Position numbers and translations under genes: made by a program. From the NCBI GenBank assembly GCA_977017645.1, contig OZ360237.1, forward strand, positions 8,742,001 to 8,806,000: a stretch of 64,000 bases of DNA. Reading direction: 5' to 3'. Source of the DNA: Torpedo marmorata (lineage: Eukaryota). Within the stretch, counting starts at the first letter, position 1, and each line of letters starts with the position of its first letter. The notes under the pieces are model-generated. The model did not search any database and was not told where the DNA came from. It saw nothing but the letters and a program-made list of their open reading frames with translations. Of this stretch, positions 1 through 11,597 are shown piece after piece.

Positions 1-99
1 TTCTCACAGCAGGATTTCAGGAGTTGAGTGCTGGGCTTAAGGTTTGCATGTGTGGAATCTATCTACCCATGGATATTTTAAAAATAATTTGTAAATGTT

Positions 100-1760
100 A
101 TTGTCACAGTTCCAGCAATCTGGGTTCAGGCCTGGCTTCCATTGCTGTCTCCGTGGAGTTTGTATCTTCCCTCTATGACCACACAGGTTTTCCCTGGATG
201 CTTAAGTTTCCTCTGACATCCTAACTATGCAGCCCAGCTGACGGATGTCCTAATGGACATCATCAACGTCTCATTGCAGCAGTCCACTGCCCCACAGGAA
301 TCAAGGCAGCCACCATCATCCTGGTGCTCAAGAGAGTGATGATAACTGGACTAAATGCCTACCGCCCAGTGGCACTGACATCTACGATCGTGAATTGCTT
401 TCAGCGACTGGTAATAGAACACATCAAATTACATCTTCCAGTGACATTGGACCCGTTCCAGTTTGCCTACCATTCAAATTGCTCCACAAATGATGCTATA
501 GCCTTGACCCCACTCCAATCCGTCCTGACCCACCTAGAGAATGATGCCTCATACCCCAGGCTGTTGTTCATAGACTTCAACTCAATCATACCTCAGATGC
601 TGCTTGATAAACTGTCCTCGTTGGGGCTCAACGTGCCTCTTTGCAATTGAATTCTGGACTTCTTGACCGAATGACCACAGTTAGTTCGGTTGGTAGCAAA
701 ATCTCGTCAATCACACTGAGCACAGGATATCTCAGGGCTACTTACTGTTCAGGCTGATGACTCACGACTGCACTTCCAGATTCAGTTCAAACAGAATCCT
801 CAAGTTTGCGGATGATACAACAGTAGTTGGTCTCATCGGCAACAGTGTTGAATTAGCTTACAGAGAGGAGGTTGAGTGGCTCGTAAAATGGTGCGAGAAC
901 AACAACCCGAGTCTCAACGTGGACAAAACAAAAGAGATGATTGTGGACTTCAGGAGGATGAAACTTAACCATTCACCATTACACATCAATGTTCCATCAT
1001 GGAGAGAGTGGAGAGCACAAAGACGACCTATCCTGGACCCACAACACTTTATTAGTCAGGAAGGTGCAGCAGTGAGGAAGTTGAGAAGGGCAAGGCTACC
1101 AGCCCCCATCTTGACAATAATTTACAGGAGCACAATTGACAGTGCCCTGCCTGGCTGCATCATGGTATGGTAGCTCCAAAGCATCACTACATAGGATCAT
1201 CAAAACAGCCGAGAAGATCACTGGGCTCTCCCTTTCCTCTATTGACGACATTTACTGGGACTTTTGCATAAATGGGGCTCAATGAATTATAGAAGACCCT
1301 TTCCATCCAGCACACAGTATCTTTGACCCACTACGATCAAGAATGAGGTACAGGAGCATCAAAATCAGGACTGCCAGGCTGAGAAGTAACATCTTATAGT
1401 GATCAACAGTATCCTCTAACTGAGAAAATCATTCCAAAATATTAATATATGTTTATTTTAAATTATATTTTTATGTATATATGTGATTAGTATGACCTGT
1501 GTATTGTGTATGTGTGCGCACTGTGGTCCGGAGAAACACTGTTTTGTTGGGTTGTACAGTCAGATGATAATACACTCGAATTTAACAACATGAAGGCTGG
1601 CAGGTTAATTGTTCACTGTTATTTGTTCCTACTACATGGGTGAGTGGAAGAATCTGGGGACAGATAACAGGAAAATGGAGAGAATAAAAAGCATTAGTGT
1701 AAATTGGTTCTCAATAATTGGTGCAGCTTTTGTAGGCTAAAGGGGCTGCTTCTACACTGT
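100..1760 (+). mobile_element. Old V-SINE-like relic split in two (about 100-223 and 1586-1760) by a Rex1 insertion
   Basis: Left half gctgtctccgtggagtttgtatcttccc...gtttcctctgacatcc resembles the V-domain of the young SINE copies. The right half resumes with ggcaggttaattgttcactg and ends ggctaaaggggctgcttctacactgt (CR1-type tail). Confidence 0.5.
224..1585 (+). mobile_element. Degenerate 5'-truncated Rex1/Babar LINE (RT domain to 3' UTR)
   Basis: ORF fragments [47 protein letters not shown]; many stops and frameshifts. Confidence 0.88.
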
Positions 1761-2275
1761 GTGACTGTACGACTCTACAAGTCAAGGGTTTCACTTCATA
1801 TGTTGGTGAAATCTATTGCATTTGATCAATACTATTCTGATTTTTATTTTTTTCCTCATAATAATTGGCAGATTGTTCAGTTTGATGTTGCTCAGGTTTC
1901 CAATCATCTTGAAAACATTTATGACTTCATCTAAAAACAGTGATTTTGTAAACTAACCAAACAAACAAACAGACATCACAATACTTGGTTTTGTTCACAA
2001 TCATTATGATTACAGTGTTAACTCATTCATGGAGCCATATATTTCTTTGAGCTAATCCTTGAATCTTTTGTACATGTAAGAAGGAATCAGACCCAAGTAT
2101 TTTCTTTTTCCTCTTCCCTCATTTGGAAGAACCAAATGAGGGAAGAGGAAGCAGAAAATAGTTGGGTCACATGCAGGTGTACAATGTGAATTACACATTT
2201 GAAAATTACTTAATAGAAAACACTACTATTGTTGCTGGTGGGAATTGTGCCAATATGTCATTTTTCTCTTAATAG

Positions 2276-2486
2276 GATTCTGACAACAACAAAGTTTGTT
2301 CCTTGTACTCCTTCCGCAATGCAACTACCTCACCGCACAAGCCAGAAGAAGGGGCCCGTGACCGCAGTGACATGATCACTGGTGCAGCTTTTGGAACACC
2401 TGAGCGGCGTAAAGGAAGCTTAGCTGACGTGGTGGACACGTTGAAGCAGAAGAAGCTCGAAGAAATGACAAAGACTGAACAAGACG
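2276..2486 (+). CDS. SOX6: Internal coding exon of SOX6 (SoxD transcription factor, N-terminal region upstream of the coiled coil)
   Basis: Acceptor tttttctcttaatag|GAT at 2275/2276 and donor GACG|gtaggc at 2486/2487; 211 nt, phase 0 to phase 1. Translation: [89 protein letters not shown] is the SoxD motif; [12 protein letters not shown] and KQKKLEEMT resemble SOX6 rather than SOX5 (from recall of the vertebrate proteins). Confidence 0.93.
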
Positions 2487-3264
2487 GTAGGCATGGGTTC
2501 CTTTTCCCTCTGGAGTTCACACCTGGTTTAAAAAAAACATTGTGATCAGACGGCCAAAGCAGGTGTGGTTAAAAAATGAATATCCGATGGTTGTCTTTGC
2601 AATAGGACTTTGAAGACCGTTAGAGAGTATAGATAGTATCCCTTTCTGTCAAATCTTAAATTACGTAATACCAAAATTCTTCAGTGTTCATCCTTCCTTC
2701 TGCCTAGGTTATGAAGCACACTTGAGTCGCATCAAACTAATAAGATCTATCTTATCTATGACTTACAAACATGTGCCAAGAGATGTTGAACCATGTCAGT
2801 CAACTTTCAAAGGAGAGAATCAGTTATTGCAACTTATTCATGCAGTCAAAAAGGAACAACAATGACTAACTGGGTTAGAGTAAGTGAAATTTCAGAAAAC
2901 CTCTCTGGCAGTACATGGATGTTGATTTTATTTGAATTGAGATATTTGAACATGCTGAGTCAGGAACTACTTAAAGCTAGCCAGTCCACACAAAAGGCCT
3001 TGTTTAATTATAATTTTAGCCTTTTCTTGAGAATGAAAAGGGGTCTTTTTAGTCTGCTGAATGTCTAATTAAAATTTATTTATAATTGGCTGACAGCAAG
3101 AAAATGTTGCTGTAAAAATACGATGCCTAATTTTTAGGTGGGTGCTTTATGATTAAAGGAATGGTGACCATTCATTCTGATCAGGAACAATGACTAGTTT
3201 TAATTAAAGACCTCTGTGCATATTTTGCATGTTCAGATATGCATATTCTGGTTTTATGTCTGTC

Positions 3265-3329
3265 TATTTATTCATCTATTTATTTATTTATTTATCTATC
3301 TATTTATTTGTTTGTTTATTTATTTATTT
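3265..3329. repeat. Imperfect (TATT/TATC/TGTT)n microsatellite
   Basis: Run tatttattcatctatttatttatttatttatctatctatttatttgtttgtttatttattt read directly. Confidence 0.8.
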
Positions 3330-5407
3330 CATGGATTTTTTTACAGAATTTATTGCCCATCTTATTCAGTCCTGAATAGAATACATTTTTGAGCCATTCC
3401 ACTCGTGATGTTGAGGGTTGACCATGTTGTTATTGAGCTTGAGTTATCCAAAAACCAGACTAAGTGGGAATGAGACAGAGAATTAGACTGTTTTTGACCC
3501 TTCCACAGACATCCTATTCTGTTTTCATTCCTGCTCGTCTCTTTCTCTGCAGCTTAAAGCACATTTCATTTCTTACTGTTCCCACTTCTGACAGAAGGTC
3601 ATCAGTGCAAAATGTTACCCTGTTTTTCTCTCTCTATAGAAGTTCTATGACTTGCTCAATATTTCCAGGTCTGCAGTATTTGGCTTTTGGATTATTGAGG
3701 TTAGATGTTTATTCCAGTTTTATTTTAATTCCTTATTTCCAGGTGATACAATGGCCTCACAGCTCTAAAGATATGCAGGTAGTAGGCCACTGTAAATTGC
3801 CACTAGTATAGGTGATGGTAAAATAGGGGGGTGGGGGCTGCAGGGGTATTGATGGAAATATGGGCAGGAAAGGTTGCAGGACAAGTTAATGCAAGAGCTA
3901 AAAGAGATCTGAAGGGCTGAATGGCCCAAACATGAATATGAAAGCATGGTATTGAACTCAGTTCTCCAGATCAATTGCCCTGTCTCCTTAATACTTGTCT
4001 GCTATCAGAATTATTATGCTTTAGAATTAATATGATAAAGAGCATTTGTTTTAAAGATTTGAGTAAATTTTATGTGTGCATAGTGTGCAGAAGAGTTTTG
4101 TATTTTGGCCAATATCAGCTCCAATGACTCTTGAATTGAAATCAGCATATATATTCTATAAATGGGTCTCTCCCTCAAGTCAGATCACACAGTGATAGAT
4201 CATACCATAAAGCTTGCAAGATTGATTTATTATTAATGTTGTTGACTTGGGACACCAGAAATGGGTTGAAACCATCTGGATTTATTTTTATATGGGGCTT
4301 TAAAACTGATAGATGACCAATCTTTCTGTTGTATGGATAAGCAGATAGCATCGTCCTTGTTGATTTGAGCATTTTATCAAATTCCTCAGGAGACTTTATC
4401 AATCTGACGTATGTCCATAACCAGACTCTGGACCAGCACACATTTTTGAAACCACCCATCACTTTCAACAAGTTTTGCAAGGTTAACAATCAGCGATAAC
4501 AATAACATCAACTCGAATAGCCAGGCATATGGCTCAAAATGCTGTATAGCTGAAATATACATGCTTGCTGCCTCAGCCATTACATTTAGAACCTTGAAGC
4601 TAATATTGAACAAAGAAATAATTCCTGTCGGAGTGTAGGATATATTTTTTGTAGTACAGCAAAATACATCATTAAATAGAGACCAATGGAATATCGTATT
4701 TCTATATTTGTCAGCAGAACCATCATAGATTTGTTTTTCTTCAAACTCATTGCAAATTTGTTAAATGAAAAATCTTCTGACATTCTTTGCAAGTTAGTTT
4801 TACTAGAAATGTTAAAAGTAGAAACTAAAAAAGCACATGTGCTGATCCTCTGCCTGACAGAAGTATTTGATGTATTTAACAGTTCAGGAAAAAAAGTTGA
4901 CTTGGGATTTCAGCAATATTATTCAGTATCTGTGTGAGCGGATGAATGGGTATCTATCATCAATGGAGCCAATGATGGATATATTTTGTCCTTCTATGCT
5001 GAAGGAAGTCTTGTCAAACCTTTGGGAGAAAAAGTGGCAGGTGGAACTATGTTTAACTTCAGATAACAATAAAAAAAGATTCCATTTATAAAATAGAATA
5101 AAAACAAAGAAAAATCAAGAAATTGAAATGTTGCATTCTGTATTGGGAGCCTGCCTATATTTAGGATACTAAGGCAATGGAGTTGTTTCAGTATGTTGAC
5201 CAATATGGGAAGGAAATGATCCCCAGAGAGACTGAGGTTATATTCCAGATGGAATCAAGAACACGAACAAAATTATTTATGAGTAAACACAACCAGGTTC
5301 AGCTCATCACTTCTCTTAGAAAAATGGTATCACCAGATATACATCTAAATGAAGAAATATTTCATCAAACAAGGAAGGCATTCTATTTTGGTTGTCTTGG
5401 ATGAAAT

Positions 5408-5915
5408 GAATCAGAATCAGAATTTATTGTCATGAACAAGTCACAAATTTGTTGTTTTACAGCAGCATCACAATGCAAACATTTATATAAACCACCTTAC
5501 AAAAATAAATAAAAATAGTGCATGAAAAGTCAAAGTAAGGCAGTGTCTTTGGTTCATTGATCATTCAGGAATCTGATGGCAGTGGGGAAGAAGTTGTCCT
5601 TGTGCCGCTGAGTGCTCACCTTCAGGCTCCTGTACCTTATTCCCGATGGTAGCAGTGTGAAGCGGGTATGGTCTGGGTGGTGGGGGTCCTTGAGGATAGA
5701 GGCTGCTCTCTTAAGCCACCGCCTCTTGCAGATGTCCTTGATGGAGTGAAGACTGGTGCCCGTGATGTCGCAGGCCGAGTTAACAACCCTCTGGAGTTTT
5801 TTCTCGTCCTGAGCATTGGCACCTCCACACCAGACAGTGAGGCAACCAGCCAGAATGCTCTCCATGGTACACCTGTAGAAGTTTTCGAGAGTCTTCGGTG
5901 ACATACCAAATCTCC
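5408..5915 (-). mobile_element. Rex1/Babar LINE 3' end with (ATTCTG)n tail
   Basis: ORF 5554..5928 ends KDPHHP...FFPTAIRFLNDQ; gaatcagaatcagaat tail at 5408. Close relative of the copies at 13.7 kb and 33-36 kb. Confidence 0.9.
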
Positions 5916-6207
5916 TACTGTACTGCATAAGAAGATTTGAGATGAATTCTGACCTTTTGCTATGACTTTCAGATTGACATTGATGTACACTACATCAAAA
6001 ACTTTGGATAAGTTCACTCCCTTTATGGTGAGCAATGTCCCAGCAAGTTGGAAACACTTATGGTCATGCCTTACATTGGCTTGCCAGAAAGGAAGGCCAT
6101 CCCATTAAAGTCTCATGCAAGATGTTGATAACCCTAGAGTAGCTTCAACTGTCTTGCAAGAGTGGCAAGGCATTGTCATTGAGTTCAGTCAAGGATTGCA
6201 GGAAGAC

Positions 6208-6419
6208 GTAAACCACTAAAATCTGTAGTTGAAGTAAGAACACAATGCAGGAGAAACTCAGCAGGTCAAACAGTATCCTTTATATAGCAAAGGTAAAAAT
6301 ACATAACCGATGTTTCGGGCTTGAGCCCTTTATCAAGATATGGAAAAATGTTGGCAGGCGTCCGAATAAAAGAGTTGGGGGGGGGGGAAGACGTGGTCGC
6401 AAAGGCAGGAGGTAGGAAG
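6208..6419 (-). mobile_element. Penelope-like terminal-repeat insertion with hammerhead-like motif
   Basis: Reverse complement contains catatc-ttgataa-a-gggctcaagccc-gaaacatc-ggttatg, then gacctgctgagtttctcc. Flanked by ttgcaggaagac (6196-6207) and ttgcaagaagac (6420-6431). Confidence 0.8.
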
Positions 6420-6659
6420 TTGCAAGAAGACATCTGAAATGGATCTTAAAAACATCATTGGACTACTGATAGTAATCTTTAGCATATGAAGTGGCAGAAT
6501 TCCATTCATGAAGGCAATTGCCCAGATTTTTGACTTTGTCTTTTTGGGGCTTGATTTATTAAGAGTAAACTGCTGGGAAAATGAGGATGAAAGCTCCTGC
6601 AGTATGAGAGGATTGCACAAAATAAAAGAAGAAAGGAAAGACTTGCAAATAGGCAATCT

Positions 6660-7035
6660 CCCACACAACCTCACATCCTAAAATGCTCTACAGCCAATAT
6701 TTTTTTTAGAAGTGAATCAGAATTGCAGTGTCAAAGACATGGTAGCTAATTTCATGCACAACAAGCTCTCTCAAGAAATAATGTCATAATAACTCTTGTA
6801 TTTCAGAGATGCTGATTGAGGGACAGATATTGACCAGAATTTTGAGAATAACTTTCTTGCTGTTCTCCAGAACAGTTTAGTGGATTCTTTCACTAGCATG
6901 AGCAAATGACAATTAGCCATTAGAACTCTGAAAGCATAGCAATCACTTAGTACTGTACCAAGACTTTTCTTCACAAGTGTGTGGAGAAGGGACTTGAACC
7001 TTTGGGCCTGCAGCTGAGATGGCTGCTAAGTGAGC
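6660..7035 (-). mobile_element. Degenerate Deu-domain SINE (SacSINE1/AmnSINE1-like) relic
   Basis: tcctaaaatgctctacagccaat...gaagtg...tagctaatttcatgcacaacaagctc...gctgattgagggacagatattgaccag resembles the reverse complement of the Deu core as I recall it. gggacttgaacc is a tRNA B-box-like motif on the minus strand. Confidence 0.6.
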
Positions 7036-7616
7036 AATGGCTGATGCAAACTGAGAAAAAGATTTGGAAGAGGAAAAGAAAATCTTCGACAATCTACAGC
7101 AGTCAATTCAAAAATCACTTGTACTAAATGTGGCTGTGTCTCTGCTTTATGAATCAGGATATTATGCCATACAAAAGTCCATTCCAGGATTCACACTGCC
7201 TCTATAATTTGAGGAATATGTGGTTAAGACAACATTTGAACAGATAATAATGCATGGAGTTTATTCTGAAGAGCAAGGTTAGTTTACTTTAGTGCCAGCC
7301 CACTTAATGCCATTTATAGTGGATGCCCATTTTGTCATTAAGCTTTGTTTGTTTTATTACCTGCTGCACTTTTAAGACTAGGTCACAATCTTTAGGTTCT
7401 CCCCCTTCTAGTATTCAACCTGGAAAGTAGGCCAGAAGGTATGCTTCAAGGTCTTTGCTAATGTGCTAGTGCAGCTATTGGGTGAATAGATCAAGGGGAT
7501 TGGCATCTCTGATTCCTTTCTGCTTGACTTTTCATATATATGTGGGAACTTGCAGATTTGAATGGATCTATTGACCTGACAATTTATGCATTAGTATTTA
7601 CCTTTGTTGTGGGAAC

Positions 7617-7730
7617 ATAGAGCTCTATAGCAGGGAAGCAGCCCCTTCAGCTCAACTTGTCCATGCTGACCAAGCTAATCCCATTCGCCTGCTTTTAGCA
7701 CATATCTCTCTCAATCTTTCCGATCCGTCC
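7617..7730 (-). mobile_element. Short CR1-type 3' tail relic
   Basis: atagagctctatagcagggaagcagccccttcagctcaacttgtccatgctgacc is the reverse complement of a CR1/HER1-type tail (compare 41700-41740). Confidence 0.55.
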
Positions 7731-10699
7731 ATCAAACTTTTCCTTTCCTCTTTTGTTGCTATCAATTTGTTATATATTAACTACCAAAAGAAGATGCTGC
7801 AGCTCTCTTTGGAGAAGTAGTTTCATCAGAATCGCCTCCAAACTATTGTTGCTAAGCAGTAAAAGTGGCTGACTAACTTTATAGGGGTTCATTGTGAAAT
7901 AGTTCATTTTAAATTATTCTCTGAAAAATGCTGCATCATGTTGGAGAAAAGTACTGGCAGTGTTGCTAACATGCAGTTTTCTTTGGCTGCAACACTTTAT
8001 ATATTGATCCCATGCACCATGACTAATTAGCTGTCTCACAGAAGAGGATTTTCATACCAGTAAATTAATGTATTTTATTGCCAGAAAATATACATCATTT
8101 TGTCAAAAGGCACCACTGTCAGCATCTCAGTAGCTAGCTCTACAAATCATCACTGCACAATATCAATTTGTACAGTACACAGGAAGCTCCATAAAGTCAG
8201 AAGGAAAATAAAGTGAATGTTGAGCCAATAAGAGGAAGAGTCACCAAAATGTGTCGAAAATTTTATTTCTTAAGAGGGGCTTTAAAGGAAGGGTGGGAGG
8301 AGATGAGGCTCCGACAGCAAATCGCAATGTGGATTCTGGATCGTGATATGCACAGCCACCATTGGTGGAGATAAGGAAAGAGAGATGTTAAAAAGCCAGA
8401 ATTAAAAGATATTGTAGTCAAGAAAGCTACACAAATCAGAACGGTAACTCCATGAAGCAATGGGAACATAGTGGTGTCATTGTGTACCAACTTAGGGAAC
8501 ACATCAGTTTTATTCATCATTCCTTTGAATAGTCTTCAGAGGTCCAGGAGTGAGAAAATCTGGTTGATTTTTCTTTCCTGTCTCAGGAACCCAGGATCAA
8601 CTGTTATGCTTATACTATTACTCTTAACAGTTCTAACTGTTTCATTCTGCTCGGAATTCTCTGTGGAGGATTCACTTAGACATTGGATAGATGCCTTTCC
8701 CATTAATCCATTGGAAGAGCTTGCTAATCATATTTGTTTTCTGAGTATGTTTATTAGACTTGCCCTCTTTGGAAAGGAAAGATATGAAGGGCAGTATGGC
8801 ACTGTAACACCTTCAATAAGCCCATCAACTTAATGTTGCAAGTGTGTCTTTCCATTTACTTGCTGTCTAACAGCATTTGGTACACTGCTGCAAACAGTGC
8901 TTGGTCTGTCCTTGTCATTGTAGCTGGTAATTTGATCGAGTGTTACTCTAAGAACATTTTATGTCCATTTTCATTTTAAAGAAAAGAATATCTTGAAAGA
9001 TAAATCTTGATGCATTTATTTGGTTGCCTTGATAGAGAGCTGGGTCAGCTGAATTCAGCTTGTGTAAATGGGTGATGTAGCTCACATTCTCTGCTGTTTT
9101 GGTAACTGGGATCTTCAGTGAGTCTGAAAGAGTCTTAAGTGCTTATGATCACTGTAATGAAGGAAAATGGTTCCCGAGTACTCCATTAGTTTGAATTCTC
9201 ACCGTAGCTGTAAAGTGCTATTTGTAAAAGGGAAGATCCGGTATGTAAGAACTGTGTGTTGTATTTACATATTACTTGTGAGGATAAATGCAGACAGAAC
9301 TTGTCCAAATTATGAAATAAGGTTAGTTTAAAGCTCCATTAGTTTAAAAGAAAATATTAAAATCCTACATTTAGGACAATATCTATTCTCTGTTTATTAG
9401 GGGCAATTTTGTTCCAGTCATCATAGGTTATTTTTCACACTGGTAAAATAAAGATGGAAAATGTTAGAAACATTCAGCAGGTCAGACAGCATCAGTGGAA
9501 AGAGAAAGAAAGTTAATGATTTCCGTTGAAAATCCACAATCAGAACTGGTTTGATGAGAGCATATGTGGAGTATCGCTTAATGGCCACAAGAAGTCATCG
9601 GATGGTGCTGGCCACAGAATAAAAATAATGTTGCTCTGCAAGCCAGCCTGTTTCAATGCTAAACTGGTGATACAGCAGAAGTCAGGAAGTGTGCCACCAA
9701 GGTTCCAAAGACTCAGTTACAAAAATGTTATCACGTCATGGTTAAGAAGCGCAAGATAAGGCAGGTTGCAAGAGGAGAGGAAGTGAAGTCAGGAGGTGCA
9801 TTGAAACTAAGAAATAAAGGGTGTACATCATTTACCAACTGGAAGGTACCTGACCCTGTCGAGTAATTGAACTTCTGTAACTCAGGACTCTGAGGATACT
9901 CTTTATTGAGCTAGATCTGGTGTGCAGTGCTTTTTTGGGAGACCACCTCCCAGCTCGCACGTGAGGTCAGTGCCACAGAATATAGTGCAGAAGTTCCTTC
10001 GGTACAACTGACAGGCTGAATTCCCATACAGGCTTTGACAGCTGGCAGTTCACTGGCAGTTCACTGGCTGTCAAAGCTGTCACTTAAACTCAACATTTAC
10101 CACCCAGGGAATATTTTAAAAAGCACAACAAAACAATTAAAACTGAATATTTTCAAATATATCAAAGCACTAAAATAGCCGTATACATATTTCAAAACAA
10201 TCGTGTATATTTATGTTGCAATTAAATTAAATTGGAAGGTTCTCCTTGCAGGCATTTCATGATCATTTCATAGATGGCTATATGTGCACCAGATTAACCC
10301 ATGCAGGTTCAGCAGGCACATTTCTCTGCCTGACAGAGGAAGATTCTGCTTTCGTTTTGGACTCTCGGCGTGTGATGGTATCCCAGAGCCAAAGGTTTAT
10401 TGGAGCAGGAAACTGGACTTCTGCCTGCACACAACAGTTCTGAGCTTTCCTTCAGTTAAGTGCTTAAATCTATCAAATCCAAACAGACCTTGATGACTTT
10501 TAAGCTGGTGTTCTGCCTGAGTTTAGAGAAAATCTTAATGCAAGTGATGAGTGTACAAATCACGTTCAAAATGTAGGGAGGCGATATTGGAGGTTGAAGG
10601 AGCAACAGAATAAAATTCAATAACTATTGAGAAACATGAGAGGCTGCAATAGAGATGGAGATAAGTACAAAAGATGGATCATCACAACTAAAATCAATT

Positions 10700-11035
10700 T
10701 CTCCTGTCATTCTCTTTCCTTGCCCCTCTGTCTCCCTTCCTCCCACTCCCCACCCCTTCCCTTCCTTCTCCTATCAGAAAGCTATCCTTCTTAGCCCTCT
10801 ACCCTCTTCCCCATCACTTCTCAGCTTCTTTCTTTTCTACCCTCCTGCCTGCATCCACCCCCCTTCCTCCCTCCTCTTGTCTCCTCCTCCCACTCCCCCC
10901 CACCTTTTTATTCAGGTGGCTGCCTGATTTTCCACATTCTTGGTGAAGGGCTCAGGCCCGAAACATTAACTGCCTTTTACTTCCTATGGATGCTGCGTGA
11001 CCTGCTGAGTTTGTCCAGCACCTTTGTGTACTGCA
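10700..11035 (+). mobile_element. Penelope-like 3' terminal region (pyrimidine tract + decayed hammerhead-like motif)
   Basis: ttggtgaagggctcaggcccgaaacatt at about 10940, then gatgctgcgtgacctgctgagtttgtccagca. Confidence 0.75.
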
Positions 11036-11454
11036 ACGACTGGATTCCCATCTTTTTATCTCTGTTTAAATAATTCTCAGCTTTGTCTATTATTATTATT
11101 ATTGGATGTTCGTGAGCCAGTATATTTTCATTGCTGATGGTTCTGTCAAATAACACCATGCCGTGATTTGCACAGGTGTTCAAAATTCAATTCCATTCAA
11201 TTAGCACAATACAACCTCTCTTCCTCACTTAGATTGGCCATTTATGGCATCCACAGAGACATCCTGGCTGGATAGCTCTCTGCCATCTTGATGGATTGAA
11301 GCTGTGCTCTTACAGTGCTACAATATAGAGTGTTCTGCATAATTTTGGACATCCAAGTACATAGAGCATACTTAAATAAAGAAATTAAGGCCCTGGGCAA
11401 TGGCTAATAACTGGAAATCCAGAGCAGTATCCAACAAAGCACTATAAAACATTA

Positions 11455-11597
11455 CTTTGATGAAGGGCTCAAGCCCGAAACGTCGGTTATGTATTTCTAC
11501 CTTTGCTACATAAAAGACACTGTTTGACCTGCTGAGTTTCTCCAGCTTTTGTGTTTTTTACTTCTAACTACGGTGTCTACAGATTTTCGTGTTTACT
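11455..11597 (+). mobile_element. 143-bp Penelope-like terminal-repeat insertion with hammerhead-like motif and 12-bp TSD
   Basis: tataaaacatta at 11443-11454 and 11598-11609; insert starts ctttgatgaagggctcaagcccgaaacgtcggttatg. Confidence 0.85.

Noticed and set aside
2303-2545. 80-aa ORF as a standalone gene
   Set aside because: It is the SOX6 exon read from an internal TTG and through the GT donor at 2487; similarity ends at TEQD.
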